Of a stretch of DNA of 64,000 bases, positions 1-8,905 are shown one piece after another. Under the pieces are notes generated by a model that saw only the letters and a program-made list of their open reading frames with translations, did no database searches and had not been told where the DNA came from. The stretch is from Candidatus Latescibacterota bacterium (GTDB lineage Bacteria > Latescibacterota > UBA2968): positions 2,048,001 through 2,112,000 of the forward strand of contig OZ242010.1 of the NCBI GenBank assembly GCA_965204745.1, read 5' to 3'. A program made the translations under genes and the position numbers. Each line of letters starts with the position of its first letter. The first letter of the stretch is position 1.

Positions 1-533
1 CCTGTCAAGCCGAAGTACTCTGCTTTCGGGAGGCCATTCTCGCGGTCTTGTGCGACCATGTGCAGTTTGGTGCCGTAATACCACATCTTTTTGGAAGCGC
101 AGCGGCCTTTGTTGGCCAGTTGTTCTTCAGCCACACATGCCTGACCGCTACGTGCCGATTGTGCCATGACAATCGGCATGGAATCCACCAAGTAGGTGTG
201 TTCAGAGACATCGGTTGCGGGACTATCCTTTTGGATTTGTTCAATCAATGGGGCGAAGACCACACACAAGCGGTTCAACCGCTGGATATAGCCTGCATAA
301 GTGGGCAGATTGGGAAACCAGTCGAACAAATGATCCTTGGTATAGGTATAAATCGCCTTGATCTGCGTGTGTTGTTGCATGATCCCAAACAAATAGATCG
401 TCAGCACTTCTTCATCTGTGAAGGTCGGCGTGTCGTTATTACTCATGCGTTCCGTATAAAACCACAGATGCTTTTGGTCATACTGCTGACAAATATAGAC
501 ATACAAGTGAATGAGTTTATCTTGCCAATCCAT
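1..533 (-). CDS. IS982-family transposase, 5' part (runs off window start)
   Basis: Manual minus-strand translation from ATG at 533: MDWQDKLIHLYVYICQQY...FTDEEVLTIYLFG...DWFPNLPTYAGYIQRLNRL...LVDSMPI...KGRCASKKMWYYGTKLH. These motifs are typical of IS982 DDE transposases; RBS AAGGAAGGAG upstream. Not in the ORF track because it lacks a stop within the window. Confidence 0.85.
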   Translation of the reverse strand, partial: MDWQDKLIHLYVYICQQYDQKHLWFYTERMSNNDTPTFTDEEVLTIYLFGIMQQHTQIKAIYTYTKDHLFDWFPNLPTYAGYIQRLNRLCVVFAPLIEQIQKDSPATDVSEHTYLVDSMPIVMAQSARSGQACVAEEQLANKGRCASKKMWYYGTKLHMVAQDRENGLPKAEYFGLT

Positions 534-616
534 CGCGTGCTCCTTCCTTTAAGGGTGAAATGACTGAGCCCTCAAGAAAAGACAAGTACGCGATGGATTC
601 AACTCTTAATTCGCAT
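1..616 (-). mobile_element. IS982-family insertion sequence, left end (partial)
   Basis: Transposase plus a candidate terminal sequence ATGCGAATTAAGAGTT (minus strand, 601-616). The other end is outside the window, so this boundary is approximate. Confidence 0.6.
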
Positions 617-747
617 TGTCAGTTGTCAGTTGTCAGTCCACCCAACCCCTCCCAGCGTCACTCTGGCGCACGCGCAAGCATAACGCAAGTAATCCAGTGA
701 CTGTTGCCTTTTCGCCGCGTGCAGAGTCCCATCCCTCCTTGTTCTTA

Positions 748-1202
748 GGTTGTGTTGACATTTCATTTTTTTGACGTTACGCACAGATTAGCAAATGTGT
801 CGCTTGCCCATTTAAGGCGTTTGGTCCTTTGATGGCTTAGGTTGCTCTGATGGCGTTACGCGAGGGGACCTATCCCCCGGCCCCTTTCCTACGAGGAAAG
901 GGGAGTAAAGCTCCTTTGATGGCTTCTCGCTCTGGTTGCTCTGATGGCGTTGTGCGAGGGCATAAAGCGATTAAATATCCCTCATCAATCCCCTCGCAAA
1001 ACCCATCCACGTTCCCCCCTTCCTCTAAGGCACAGGCGTAGCCTACAACGAAGCGAAGCGAGTAACGGGGGTTAGGGGGGTAGGTCCCGATAAGGAGCGA
1101 CTATTCCAGTTTCTCAAACCGAGAGCATAGTCTGCGATAGAGCTTGATTTTTTCGATAAACCGCTCAAGCCAGGTGCTTTGCTCCTAAATGTCAACACAA
1201 CC
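748..1202. mobile_element. Non-autonomous IS5-derived element (MITE) with nested repeats
   Basis: Perfect 16-bp terminal inverted repeats GGTTGTGTTGACATTT (748-763) and AAATGTCAACACAACC (1187-1202), with TA on both sides. They differ by one base from the IRs of the IS5 at 12906. An internal minus-strand remnant ERFIEKIKLYRRLCSRFEKL resembles the IS5 transposase C-terminus. Confidence 0.8.
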
Positions 1203-1238
1203 TAGTAGATTCCCATCCGCGTTCATCCGTGGGTGCTT

Positions 1239-2363
1239 TTACCGCTTCAAGACCGTCGGGTAATCCGTCAGGTTTTCGACGCCGGTTTCCGTGACGAGGA
1301 ACGTGTTTTCCAAGCGGATGCCGCCGTTGAGGGCTTGGGAGTACGCGCCGGGTTCGCAGGAAAAGACCGTGCCGATTTCCAAGATGCCCTCGCGGTCTCG
1401 GTTGAGATCCGGGGGTTCGTGGGCGCGAAGGCCAACGCCGTGTCCCGCGTGGTGGATCAGGCCGATGTCTGACAAGTGGGGGTGTTCGCGGATGCGTGCG
1501 TCTATGGTTTGCCACAGCGCGGTGCCGCGACTGCCGGGTTTGACCAGATTGGGGATGTCCGCCAAAATCGCTTTGAGGTGGTCATACACCGATGCCTGCA
1601 AGTCCGTGGGATCGCCCACGGCAAAGGTTCGGCATAAGTCTGACCAGTAGCCGCGGTACGTGGTTTGCGCGTCGATGATGTAGAGTTCCCCGTCTTGGAT
1701 GGCGCGATCTCGGGCCGGCCCGCCCAGTTGCCCGCATCGGTAATCCCCGCCGTGGTGGATGACCTCGCCTGCTGCGTGGAGGGCGACGCGTTGCCCGGCC
1801 GCGAGTACGTCCAGTTCGTTCACGCCCGGCGCAATGGCGGTTTGCACCCGGTCGTACGCGCACAGGCTAATGTCAATCGCCCGTTGCAAGAGCGCGATTT
1901 CATCTGCGTCCTTTTTCATCTGTTGCGCGATGAGCAGGTCGTCGATGCCGATCCAAGCACTGTCCAAAGCATTGCCCACGGTGTCCGCGAGCAATTTGGG
2001 TAGGGATTCGCATTGCCAGCCCAAGCGCGTAATGCCCCGGCTATCGCGCAATTTTTGGGCCACGACCGCGTTGAGCAACCGCATGGGATCTGGGTTCATG
2101 GTGTAGAGCACATGCGAATCATAGACCACGCGCTCATCCACTGCCGCGTCGCCATCTCCTGTGGATGCGGCCAGCCACGCACTTCCATCGGTTTCCAAGT
2201 AGAGGAGCGCGGGAAAATAAAATGCCGGGTACGCGGACAACAACAAGCCGGTGAAATAGTAAATGTCCCGCGAATCCGTGATGATGGCCGCGTCAATGCC
2301 CTCTGTTGCGAGGGCGTCCCGAAAACGTTGCTGCCGATAGCGACAGCCTTTCAGTGTGAGCAT
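1239..2363 (-). CDS. Xaa-Pro peptidase, M24 family
   Basis: Creatinase-like N-terminus and M24 metal motifs: IIDAQ..YRGYWSDLCRT, HHAGHGVGL..HEPP, SCEPG, GGIRLEN. Confidence 0.9.
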   Translation of the reverse strand: MLTLKGCRYRQQRFRDALATEGIDAAIITDSRDIYYFTGLLLSAYPAFYFPALLYLETDGSAWLAASTGDGDAAVDERVVYDSHVLYTMNPDPMRLLNAVVAQKLRDSRGITRLGWQCESLPKLLADTVGNALDSAWIGIDDLLIAQQMKKDADEIALLQRAIDISLCAYDRVQTAIAPGVNELDVLAAGQRVALHAAGEVIHHGGDYRCGQLGGPARDRAIQDGELYIIDAQTTYRGYWSDLCRTFAVGDPTDLQASVYDHLKAILADIPNLVKPGSRGTALWQTIDARIREHPHLSDIGLIHHAGHGVGLRAHEPPDLNRDREGILEIGTVFSCEPGAYSQALNGGIRLENTFLVTETGVENLTDYPTVLKR

Positions 2364-2381
2364 GAGATATGTCCTTTCCTA

Positions 2382-2683
2382 AATCGCTGGGTATGAGAGC
2401 CGATCTGTCATCGCGGATAAGGGCTATGATTCACAAGCGTTTCTGGACGTCTTCTCTCACCATGGACAGGTTGCCGTGATGTAGCCCCGGTCTTATCGCA
2501 AGACCCCGCGTAACTATGATCGCCACCGGGTATAAGCAACGCAATTTGATTGAGCGGTTGATTGAAAAAATGAAGCCGTATCGCAGGATATTCGCTCGCT
2601 TTGAGAAACTCAGCACGAGTTACCGAGGCTTTCTCGCTTTTGCGGCCACGCTCATCGCTCTAAAACAAAATGTCAACAGAACC
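2382..2683 (+). pseudogene. Truncated, degenerate 3' copy of the IS5-family element
   Basis: Closely matches the reverse complement of about 12906-13206, with point changes and indels. Ends in IR AAATGTCAACAGAACC (2668-2683) followed by TA. Confidence 0.9.
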
Positions 2684-2689
2684 TACTGA

Positions 2690-3328
2690 CTACTCCCCCA
2701 AATGCCCATTCCCGCGGGTGCGGCGTTTGACTTCGCGGAGGGTGGCGAGCGAATGTTCCAGCGAGTCGGACATGATGGCGAGGCGTTCGTTGGACGACGT
2801 GCTTTCCAGCAGGGCTTGTTGTTCGTCGATAGACAAGTTGAGATTGCCGGCCAGAACCAAGTTGAGATTGGCGGTCAGAACGTAGGCGAGGTCTTCCGGA
2901 TCCACATCGGGGATGAGGGCCGAGTGCCAGCCGGACGCGAGTTTCAAGGCTTCGGCATAGAGTGCTTTCGCGCGATTGTCCAAGTCGAGGTCAACCTCTT
3001 CGTCTTCGTCCTCCACATCTTCCACAAAGCCCGAGATATAGGGATGGATCTCGAATTGTTGCATCACGCAAAAGCGTCTCGTGCCCTCGATCAAAATGTT
3101 CATGCGCCCATCGGAAAACCGGTTGATCAGGCCGATCACGCGCGCCGCGCACCCGATGTCCTCAAAATCGTCGTCCGCGCCGCGCACGATCCCAAACTCG
3201 GTGTCGTCGGCCATGCATTCGCCGATCAGTTGCTTGTATCGCTCCTCAAAAATGTGCAGGGGCACGCGGCGATAGGGCAACAACACCATGTCGAGCGGAA
3301 ACAGGGGAAGTTCGGTTGGAAGTGCCAT
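2690..3328 (-). CDS. Lon protease substrate-binding (LON N-terminal) domain protein
   Basis: LPLFPL..VLLP...VPLHIFEERYKQLI..C and DGRMNILIEGTRRF motifs; no AAA or protease domain. Confidence 0.88.
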   Translation of the reverse strand: MALPTELPLFPLDMVLLPYRRVPLHIFEERYKQLIGECMADDTEFGIVRGADDDFEDIGCAARVIGLINRFSDGRMNILIEGTRRFCVMQQFEIHPYISGFVEDVEDEDEEVDLDLDNRAKALYAEALKLASGWHSALIPDVDPEDLAYVLTANLNLVLAGNLNLSIDEQQALLESTSSNERLAIMSDSLEHSLATLREVKRRTRGNGHLGE

Positions 3329-3337
3329 GGCAGCCGC

Positions 3338-4234
3338 TTAGAGGAGGGGTTTTTGAACGCCGTTCAAGAGAATGTCGAGCAGGCGTTCGGTGGCGATAGA
3401 CAAACTGCGGCCCTTGCGAAAGAGAATGCCCAAGGGCCGGTCGAAATCCCGATTCGCGAAGTGCAGGCACGCGAGGGTCTTGCGGTTGACCTCTTGTTCG
3501 ACGGCGTTGAGCGGCAGGATTGAAATGCCGATATCGACCTCGACCGCGTGTTTGATGGTGGCGATGTGGTCGAGTTCCATCACGATGTTGGGGCGCACGC
3601 GGTGCTTTTTGAAGAACAGGTCGATGGCGCGCCGAGTCGGGGTTTCGGGCGTGAAGAGCACGAGCGGGTACTTGTCGAGTTCTTTCGGGGACAAGGTGTC
3701 GCGACCAGCCAATTTGTGGTCGGGATGCATGACTGCGACCATCTCGTCTTGCGTGAAGGGGAGCACGTCCACCTTGCGCTGGGTGCGCGGATAGGGCACG
3801 ATGCCCAAATCCACTTCGCCATTGCCCACGTCTTCGTAAATTTTCTGCACTTGATCGTATTGCAAGCGGAAATTGACCCGGGGAAAGGCTTTGAGATAGT
3901 TTTTGAGAAAGGGCGCGAGTTCGAGCATGCCCACGCTGTAAATGGACGCCAAGCGCACAGTGCCCGAAACGACCCCGTCCATCGCTTGGATGCGGTGTTC
4001 CATTTCCTCGTAGCGTTTGACGATTTCGCGGGCATAGCGGTAGAAAACCTCGCCCTCTGCGGTGAGGGTCAGGCGCCGTTTTTCGCGCTCGATGAGTTGC
4101 TTGGACTGCCGCTTTTCAATGCTCTTGAGTTGCTGGCTAATAGCGGATTGCGTAACCGCATTAAGGGCGGCGGTTTTGGAAAAACTCTGCGTTTCAATCA
4201 GGTCGCAGAAAACCTTCAAACTCGTGATCAGCAC
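3338..4234 (-). CDS. LysR-family transcriptional regulator
   Basis: N-terminal HTH (SFSKTAALNAVTQSAISQQLKSIE) and LysR substrate-binding domain; 298 aa. Confidence 0.95.
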   Translation of the reverse strand: MLITSLKVFCDLIETQSFSKTAALNAVTQSAISQQLKSIEKRQSKQLIEREKRRLTLTAEGEVFYRYAREIVKRYEEMEHRIQAMDGVVSGTVRLASIYSVGMLELAPFLKNYLKAFPRVNFRLQYDQVQKIYEDVGNGEVDLGIVPYPRTQRKVDVLPFTQDEMVAVMHPDHKLAGRDTLSPKELDKYPLVLFTPETPTRRAIDLFFKKHRVRPNIVMELDHIATIKHAVEVDIGISILPLNAVEQEVNRKTLACLHFANRDFDRPLGILFRKGRSLSIATERLLDILLNGVQKPLL

Positions 4235-4340
4235 GGGAACCTCTCCTGTTAAAGTATAAGCAGATGTGAATTTCGGAGAGAAATCTATAAGAGAGTTGAA
4301 ACTATGTCAACAGAAAATCTGGAACGGGTGAAGCAGCCAT

Positions 4341-4403
4341 AGGTAAGAGGTGAGAGGCGAGAGGCAAGAGGCAAGAGGTGAGAGGCAAGAGGCAAGAGGC
4401 AAG
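4341..4403 (+). repeat. Heptamer tandem repeat (AGGYRAG) x9
   Basis: aggtaag aggtgag aggcgag aggcaag aggcaag aggtgag aggcaag aggcaag aggcaag; a shorter related tract occurs near 49437. Confidence 0.9.
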
Positions 4404-4418
4404 ATGGGATTTTAGCCA

Positions 4419-4473
4419 CGAGCGGGGTACAACTGGCGATAGCCAGTTCAAAGGCGAGCAGTGTAGGGGCGAT
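4419..4473 (+). repeat. Dispersed hairpin repeat joined to a GTAG-REP-like half
   Basis: CGAGCGGGGTACAACTGGCGATAGCCAGTTCAAAGGCGAGC..GTAGGGGCGAT; copies near 34085, 59490-59545 (reverse), 33260-33300 (reverse, degenerate) and 59661 (partial). Confidence 0.85.
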
Positions 4474-4530
4474 CACCCAAAGAGACAAGAGACCAACAGC
4501 CAAAAGCCTGTACCGAAAACGGTGCAGGCT

Positions 4531-5035
4531 TTAGCCCTCCAAACTTTTTTTGCATTTTCGTATTTTTGTTGCAACTTTTTCTTGCTTGCTTGCGTCTTGC
4601 GTCGTGTATCCAAAAGCAGTGCGCTCTTTGTATTTGTCTCATTCCGCCGATGGCAAAGCACGGCTTTGGATACAACCATCGGCGGTTTTTTGTGCGTATC
4701 AACATGGGCTACCGGACATTCAAATTCAAAATGTACGACAACGCAAAGCGCAATGCGTTTTTGCAAGCGCGTATCTCTGCGTTTGCAAGTCCGTATAACG
4801 CTTGCGGTACGGTCAAGCATGACTTGCAACTGCGTGACCGTGTGTTCAAGTGCAACTGCGGTTGGATGTGTGACCGAGACTTGAACGCCGCGTACAATAT
4901 CCATGAGGTTGGGAAGACGACCTTTGCAGGAGAGACCGTAAGACGCCTGTCCGCATGAAGGCGCAGTCTTGTCGATAGCACAACCTACGCTGAAGGGGAT
5001 CTGATGCCCCGATGCTTCTGCGCGGGGTTCTTCAT
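4531..5035 (+). mobile_element. Miniature IS200/IS605-family derivative carrying an internally deleted tnpB
   Basis: Contains tnpB N- and C-terminal remnants and a right-end hairpin GATGCCCCG..GCGCGGGGTTCTTCAT. Interrupts a small minus-strand gene. Ends are uncertain by a few bp. Confidence 0.7.
4704..4958 (+). pseudogene. tnpB: Internally deleted TnpB (84 aa)
   Basis: MGYRTFKFKMY (OrfB N-terminus) fused in frame to CGTVK..L.LRDRVFKC.CG..CDRDLNAAYNI (zinc ribbon and RuvC-III); the central RuvC-I/II region is missing. Confidence 0.85.
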
Positions 5036-5335
5036 TCACGGCTTCAAATCCCTTTTCTACGATGCCTTCGAGCTTTGCCAATCGCTCATCAACAGTCATA
5101 ACGCGCCTCCTTTGTGGGCTTTGGTTGATGGTTGAACCTTTTAGAATTATTGACGAATAATACGCCATTGCCACCTGTTCCGCAATTCCCATGTCGAAAT
5201 ATTTTTTGCGGTTGAACGAAATGAAAAAAGCGTCGTGTCTTGCGTATTGTGGCTATGTTCGTTATACTCATGGGAATTGATTTTGGCTACTTAACTCGTC
5301 CAAAGGCTGTATTGCCATTGTCTCTGGGGAAACGC

Positions 5336-5932
5336 ATGGCTATGGAAATGATGGATCCCGATCCGCTCGTTCAGTTTGAAACGTGGTTTGAAGAGGCGAA
5401 AGTTTCGGAATTGACCTTGCCAGAAGCCGTGGCTTTGGCAACGGCAACGCGCGATGGGCAACCTTCGGTTCGCATGGTGCTGGTGAAACAATACGACCGG
5501 GATGGGTTTGTGTTTTTTACGAATCGGGAGAGTCGCAAGGCCGATGAATTGGCGGCGAATCCCCGCGCGGCTTTGGTGTACCACTGGAAGTCATTGGGCC
5601 GGCAGGTTCGCATCGAGGGAAGCGTTGAACCCGTTTCAGACGACGTGTCCAAAGCGTATTTTGATTCGCGGCCGCGCCGCAGCCGCTTGAGTGCGTGGGC
5701 GTCGCCGCAAAGCAAAGCAATTTCAGACCGAGAATTTTTGGAAAATCGCATGGCAGAACTGGCGCGGAAATACCCGGGGGACGATGTACCATTGCCGCCG
5801 TTTTGGGGAGGCTACCGGGTGATTCCCGAGCAATTTGAATTTTGGATAAGCATAGAAGATCGCTTGCACGATAGGTTTTTGTACGTGCGGCAAAGCGATG
5901 GCGAGTGGACGCACGCGCTGCTGGCTCCGTAG
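5336..5932 (+). CDS. pdxH: Pyridoxine/pyridoxamine 5'-phosphate oxidase
   Basis: PSVRMVLVK, FFTNRESRK, RQVRIEG, WGGYRV.P..FEFW....RLHDR motifs; start placed at ATG 5336. Confidence 0.95.
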   Translation: MAMEMMDPDPLVQFETWFEEAKVSELTLPEAVALATATRDGQPSVRMVLVKQYDRDGFVFFTNRESRKADELAANPRAALVYHWKSLGRQVRIEGSVEPVSDDVSKAYFDSRPRRSRLSAWASPQSKAISDREFLENRMAELARKYPGDDVPLPPFWGGYRVIPEQFEFWISIEDRLHDRFLYVRQSDGEWTHALLAP

Positions 5933-6037
5933 GCGCGTTTAGCCACAAAAAGCACAAAAAGCACAAAAAGCATAAAGCACAAAGGGGCTACGCCTCCATG
6001 CTCGGCGGCGGGCTCCGTAGAATTGTCGAGGAGTGCT

Positions 6038-6802
6038 ATGACCAAACTCAGTGTCAATTTGAACCGGGTCGCGCTGTTGCGAAACAGCCGCCCGCTCACC
6101 ATGCCCAGCGTCACACAGGCGGCGCAGGTGTGCATGGATGCGGGCGCGCACGGGATTACCGTGCATCCCCGGCCGGACGAGCGGCACATTCGCAAGACCG
6201 ATGTTTATGAACTCAAAGAGGTGATTTCCGGGGTGGAATACAATATCGAAGGCAACCCCTTTCCCGAGTTTATGGAGATGGTGCGCGATGTGCGCCCGGA
6301 CCAATGCACGCTGGTGCCCGATGAACCCCATCAGCGCACGTCCGACCACGGTTGGGATTTGCAACGCGATGGCGCAAGGCTCAAACCGATTGTCGCGGAA
6401 TTGAAAGACCGGGGCATTCGGGTTTCCCTGTTTATGGATCCGGAACCGGAAAACATGGCTCTGGCAAAAGCACTCGGTGCGGACCGCGTCGAACTCTACA
6501 CGGAGTTTTATGCGTCTGCATTTGCCAGCGGCGATGTGGGCCGCGTTTTTCGGCAATACGCCGAGGCCGCACGCACGGCGCAGGATGTAGGGTTGGGGGT
6601 CAATGCCGGGCACGATCTCAATCTCGATAACTTGGGCGAGTTTGTGACCATTCCCAATATTCTCGAGGTGTCCATTGGTCACGCGCTGATCGCAGATGCT
6701 GTTTTCTTGGGCTTGGAGAGTACGGTGAAGGCGTATTTGGCGGTGTTGGGGGTCGGCAAAACGGGCGTCTGTAAGGACGGATGGGTGAGGGCTGAACGCT
6801 GA
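6038..6802 (+). CDS. pdxJ: Pyridoxine 5'-phosphate synthase
   Basis: LSVNLN, GITVHPRPDERHI, VNAGHDL, EVSIGHALI. Confidence 0.96.
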   Translation: MTKLSVNLNRVALLRNSRPLTMPSVTQAAQVCMDAGAHGITVHPRPDERHIRKTDVYELKEVISGVEYNIEGNPFPEFMEMVRDVRPDQCTLVPDEPHQRTSDHGWDLQRDGARLKPIVAELKDRGIRVSLFMDPEPENMALAKALGADRVELYTEFYASAFASGDVGRVFRQYAEAARTAQDVGLGVNAGHDLNLDNLGEFVTIPNILEVSIGHALIADAVFLGLESTVKAYLAVLGVGKTGVCKDGWVRAER

Positions 6803-6922
6803 TGGCGGCCGGCTGCGGGTTGCCTCTTATGCCCAACGCCATTGACAAAGCGATTCCATTTGTGTATTTTGCACCCTGTTCAGCGTCCAACGCACCATTA
6901 TGAGAAAGGATGGTCCAACGCG

Positions 6923-8233
6923 ATGAATGTGCAGGTGACCGAATCCGGAACATGGCGGCGAACATTGGAAATCGAAGCCCCGGTTGAAGCCGTGGACGAG
7001 CGGCTCGATGCCGCTTATAGAAAGTACAGCAAGACCCTCAGTGTGCCGGGATTTCGCAAGGGCAAAATTCCCCTGAACGTCGTCAAACGGCACTTTGGGC
7101 AGGCCATCCAAGGAGAGGTTATCCAAGAGTTGGTCGGGGAATTTTATCAGGATGCCTGCGAAACCGAAGGCATTCACCCGGTTTCCCAAGCGGAGATTGA
7201 AATCATCGAGTTTGAAGAGGGACAGCCGCTGGTGTTCAAGGCATTTGTCGATATTCGCCCCGAGATCACCGTGGAAGCCTATAAGGGGCTGCGCGTGACC
7301 CGGCCCGCTACGACGATTGGGGACGAGCACGTTCAAGCGCGGTTGCGGGTCATGCAGGACGAGCACGCCAAAGAGCGAGTCGTGGAACGCGCTGCCGACT
7401 TTGAAGACGTGGTTTTGGCCGATCTAGAAGAGCTCGGGGAAGATGGCGACCCCATTCCAGACCATGGCACAGCGGACCAGTCGATTCGGCTGTTCAAGGA
7501 TGACGAGGGTTCGCTGGAATTTTCAAAACAGTTGGTCGGCATTTCGGCAGGGGAAGTCCGCGAGATTACGGTTGTCGCGATAGCTGCGGATGATCTCGAC
7601 CACGCTCGCGATTCTGACCATGATCACGACAAAAAAACCGTGCAGTTGCGCGTAATGGCCAAGGAGATCCGCGAGCGCGTGTTGCCGGAATTGACCGATG
7701 ACTGGGCGCGTGAAGTCGGCGGCGCCGAGACCTTAGACGCGCTTAAAACGCAGATCCTAGATGAAATGCAGACGCGGTACAATCTGCTTTCGCGCCAGCG
7801 AGTCGAGGAAAATTTGATCAACGCGCTGATCGAAGGCAATCCGTTTGAGATCCCCGAGAGCATGATCGAAACGCATCTCGACAATGTGGTCGAATCGTAC
7901 AAGCGAGAACACGCGGATCGCGATGAGGTCGACGAAGATGCGATTCGGAAAAGCAGCCGCGATCAGGTCGAGCGCTTCCTCAAGCGCCATTTGTTGCTCA
8001 ATGCGGTTGCCGCACAGGAAAACATCGAAGTGACCGATGAAGATCTCGACGAGCATCTCGAAGACTTGTCGCAACGGCATAGCATTGAAGGGGCGCGCCT
8101 GCGTCAAATTTTGAGCCGCACCGGGCAACTCGATCAGATTCAGGCGGATGCCAAAATGCAGAAGACCCTCGATTTTCTCCTCGCCCACGCGAATGTCGAA
8201 GACGTCGAGGAAGCCAAATCGCAACGTGCCTGA
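6923..8233 (+). CDS. tig: Trigger factor
   Basis: Ribosome-binding signature PGFRKGKIP; lies upstream of clpP-clpX. Confidence 0.93.
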   Translation: MNVQVTESGTWRRTLEIEAPVEAVDERLDAAYRKYSKTLSVPGFRKGKIPLNVVKRHFGQAIQGEVIQELVGEFYQDACETEGIHPVSQAEIEIIEFEEGQPLVFKAFVDIRPEITVEAYKGLRVTRPATTIGDEHVQARLRVMQDEHAKERVVERAADFEDVVLADLEELGEDGDPIPDHGTADQSIRLFKDDEGSLEFSKQLVGISAGEVREITVVAIAADDLDHARDSDHDHDKKTVQLRVMAKEIRERVLPELTDDWAREVGGAETLDALKTQILDEMQTRYNLLSRQRVEENLINALIEGNPFEIPESMIETHLDNVVESYKREHADRDEVDEDAIRKSSRDQVERFLKRHLLLNAVAAQENIEVTDEDLDEHLEDLSQRHSIEGARLRQILSRTGQLDQIQADAKMQKTLDFLLAHANVEDVEEAKSQRA

Positions 8234-8287
8234 CGCACGGTCAGCGGATTTTACCACGCAAACACCAAACCGGGATTTGAAATCGAC

Positions 8288-8899
8288 ATGGCTCTGGTTC
8301 CCACGGTTCTCGAACAAACCGGGCGCGGCGAACGCGCTTACGACATTTTTTCGCGCCTGTTGCGCGACAATATCATTTTCATCGGCACGCCGATCAACGA
8401 TGCGATAGCCAATTTGGTGATCGCGCAGATGTTGTTTTGCACCTCCGAAACGCCCGAGAAACCGATTCGGCTGTACATCAATTCCCCGGGTGGCAGCATC
8501 ACCGCGGGGTTGGCGATTTACGACACCATGCAATACGTGCCCAATGACGTGGAAACGGTTTGCGTGGGTCAGGCATTTTCCCTCGGCGCGGTGCTCCTCG
8601 CAGGTGGCACAAAGGGCCAGCGGCGCGCATTGCCCAATTCTCGCATTTTGCTGCATCAGCCCATTGGCGGCGCAGGCGGTCAGGCTTCGGATATCGAGCG
8701 GCACGCCGAAGAGATTTTGCAATACCGCGACCGCTTAAACGCCATCCTATCCGATTGCACGGGGCAACCCATCGCGCAAATAGAAAGGGATGCGGACCGG
8801 GATTTCTTCATGTCGGCCGACGAGGCAAAGGACTACGGCCTCATCGACGATGTGCTCATTCCCGACCAAGCCCCCAAACCCGATATCGACGACGTGTAG
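8288..8899 (+). CDS. clpP: ATP-dependent Clp protease proteolytic subunit
   Basis: [15 protein letters not shown] (catalytic Ser), [13 protein letters not shown]. Confidence 0.97.
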   Translation: MALVPTVLEQTGRGERAYDIFSRLLRDNIIFIGTPINDAIANLVIAQMLFCTSETPEKPIRLYINSPGGSITAGLAIYDTMQYVPNDVETVCVGQAFSLGAVLLAGGTKGQRRALPNSRILLHQPIGGAGGQASDIERHAEEILQYRDRLNAILSDCTGQPIAQIERDADRDFFMSADEAKDYGLIDDVLIPDQAPKPDIDDV

Positions 8900-8905
8900 G
8901 GCACT

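Noticed and set aside
48-563. 171-aa plus-strand ORF
   Set aside because: Antisense shadow of the IS982 transposase.
4473-5192. 239-aa minus-strand ORF open across the mini-tnpB element
   Set aside because: Chimera of a short interrupted gene and antisense element sequence; no recognisable domain.
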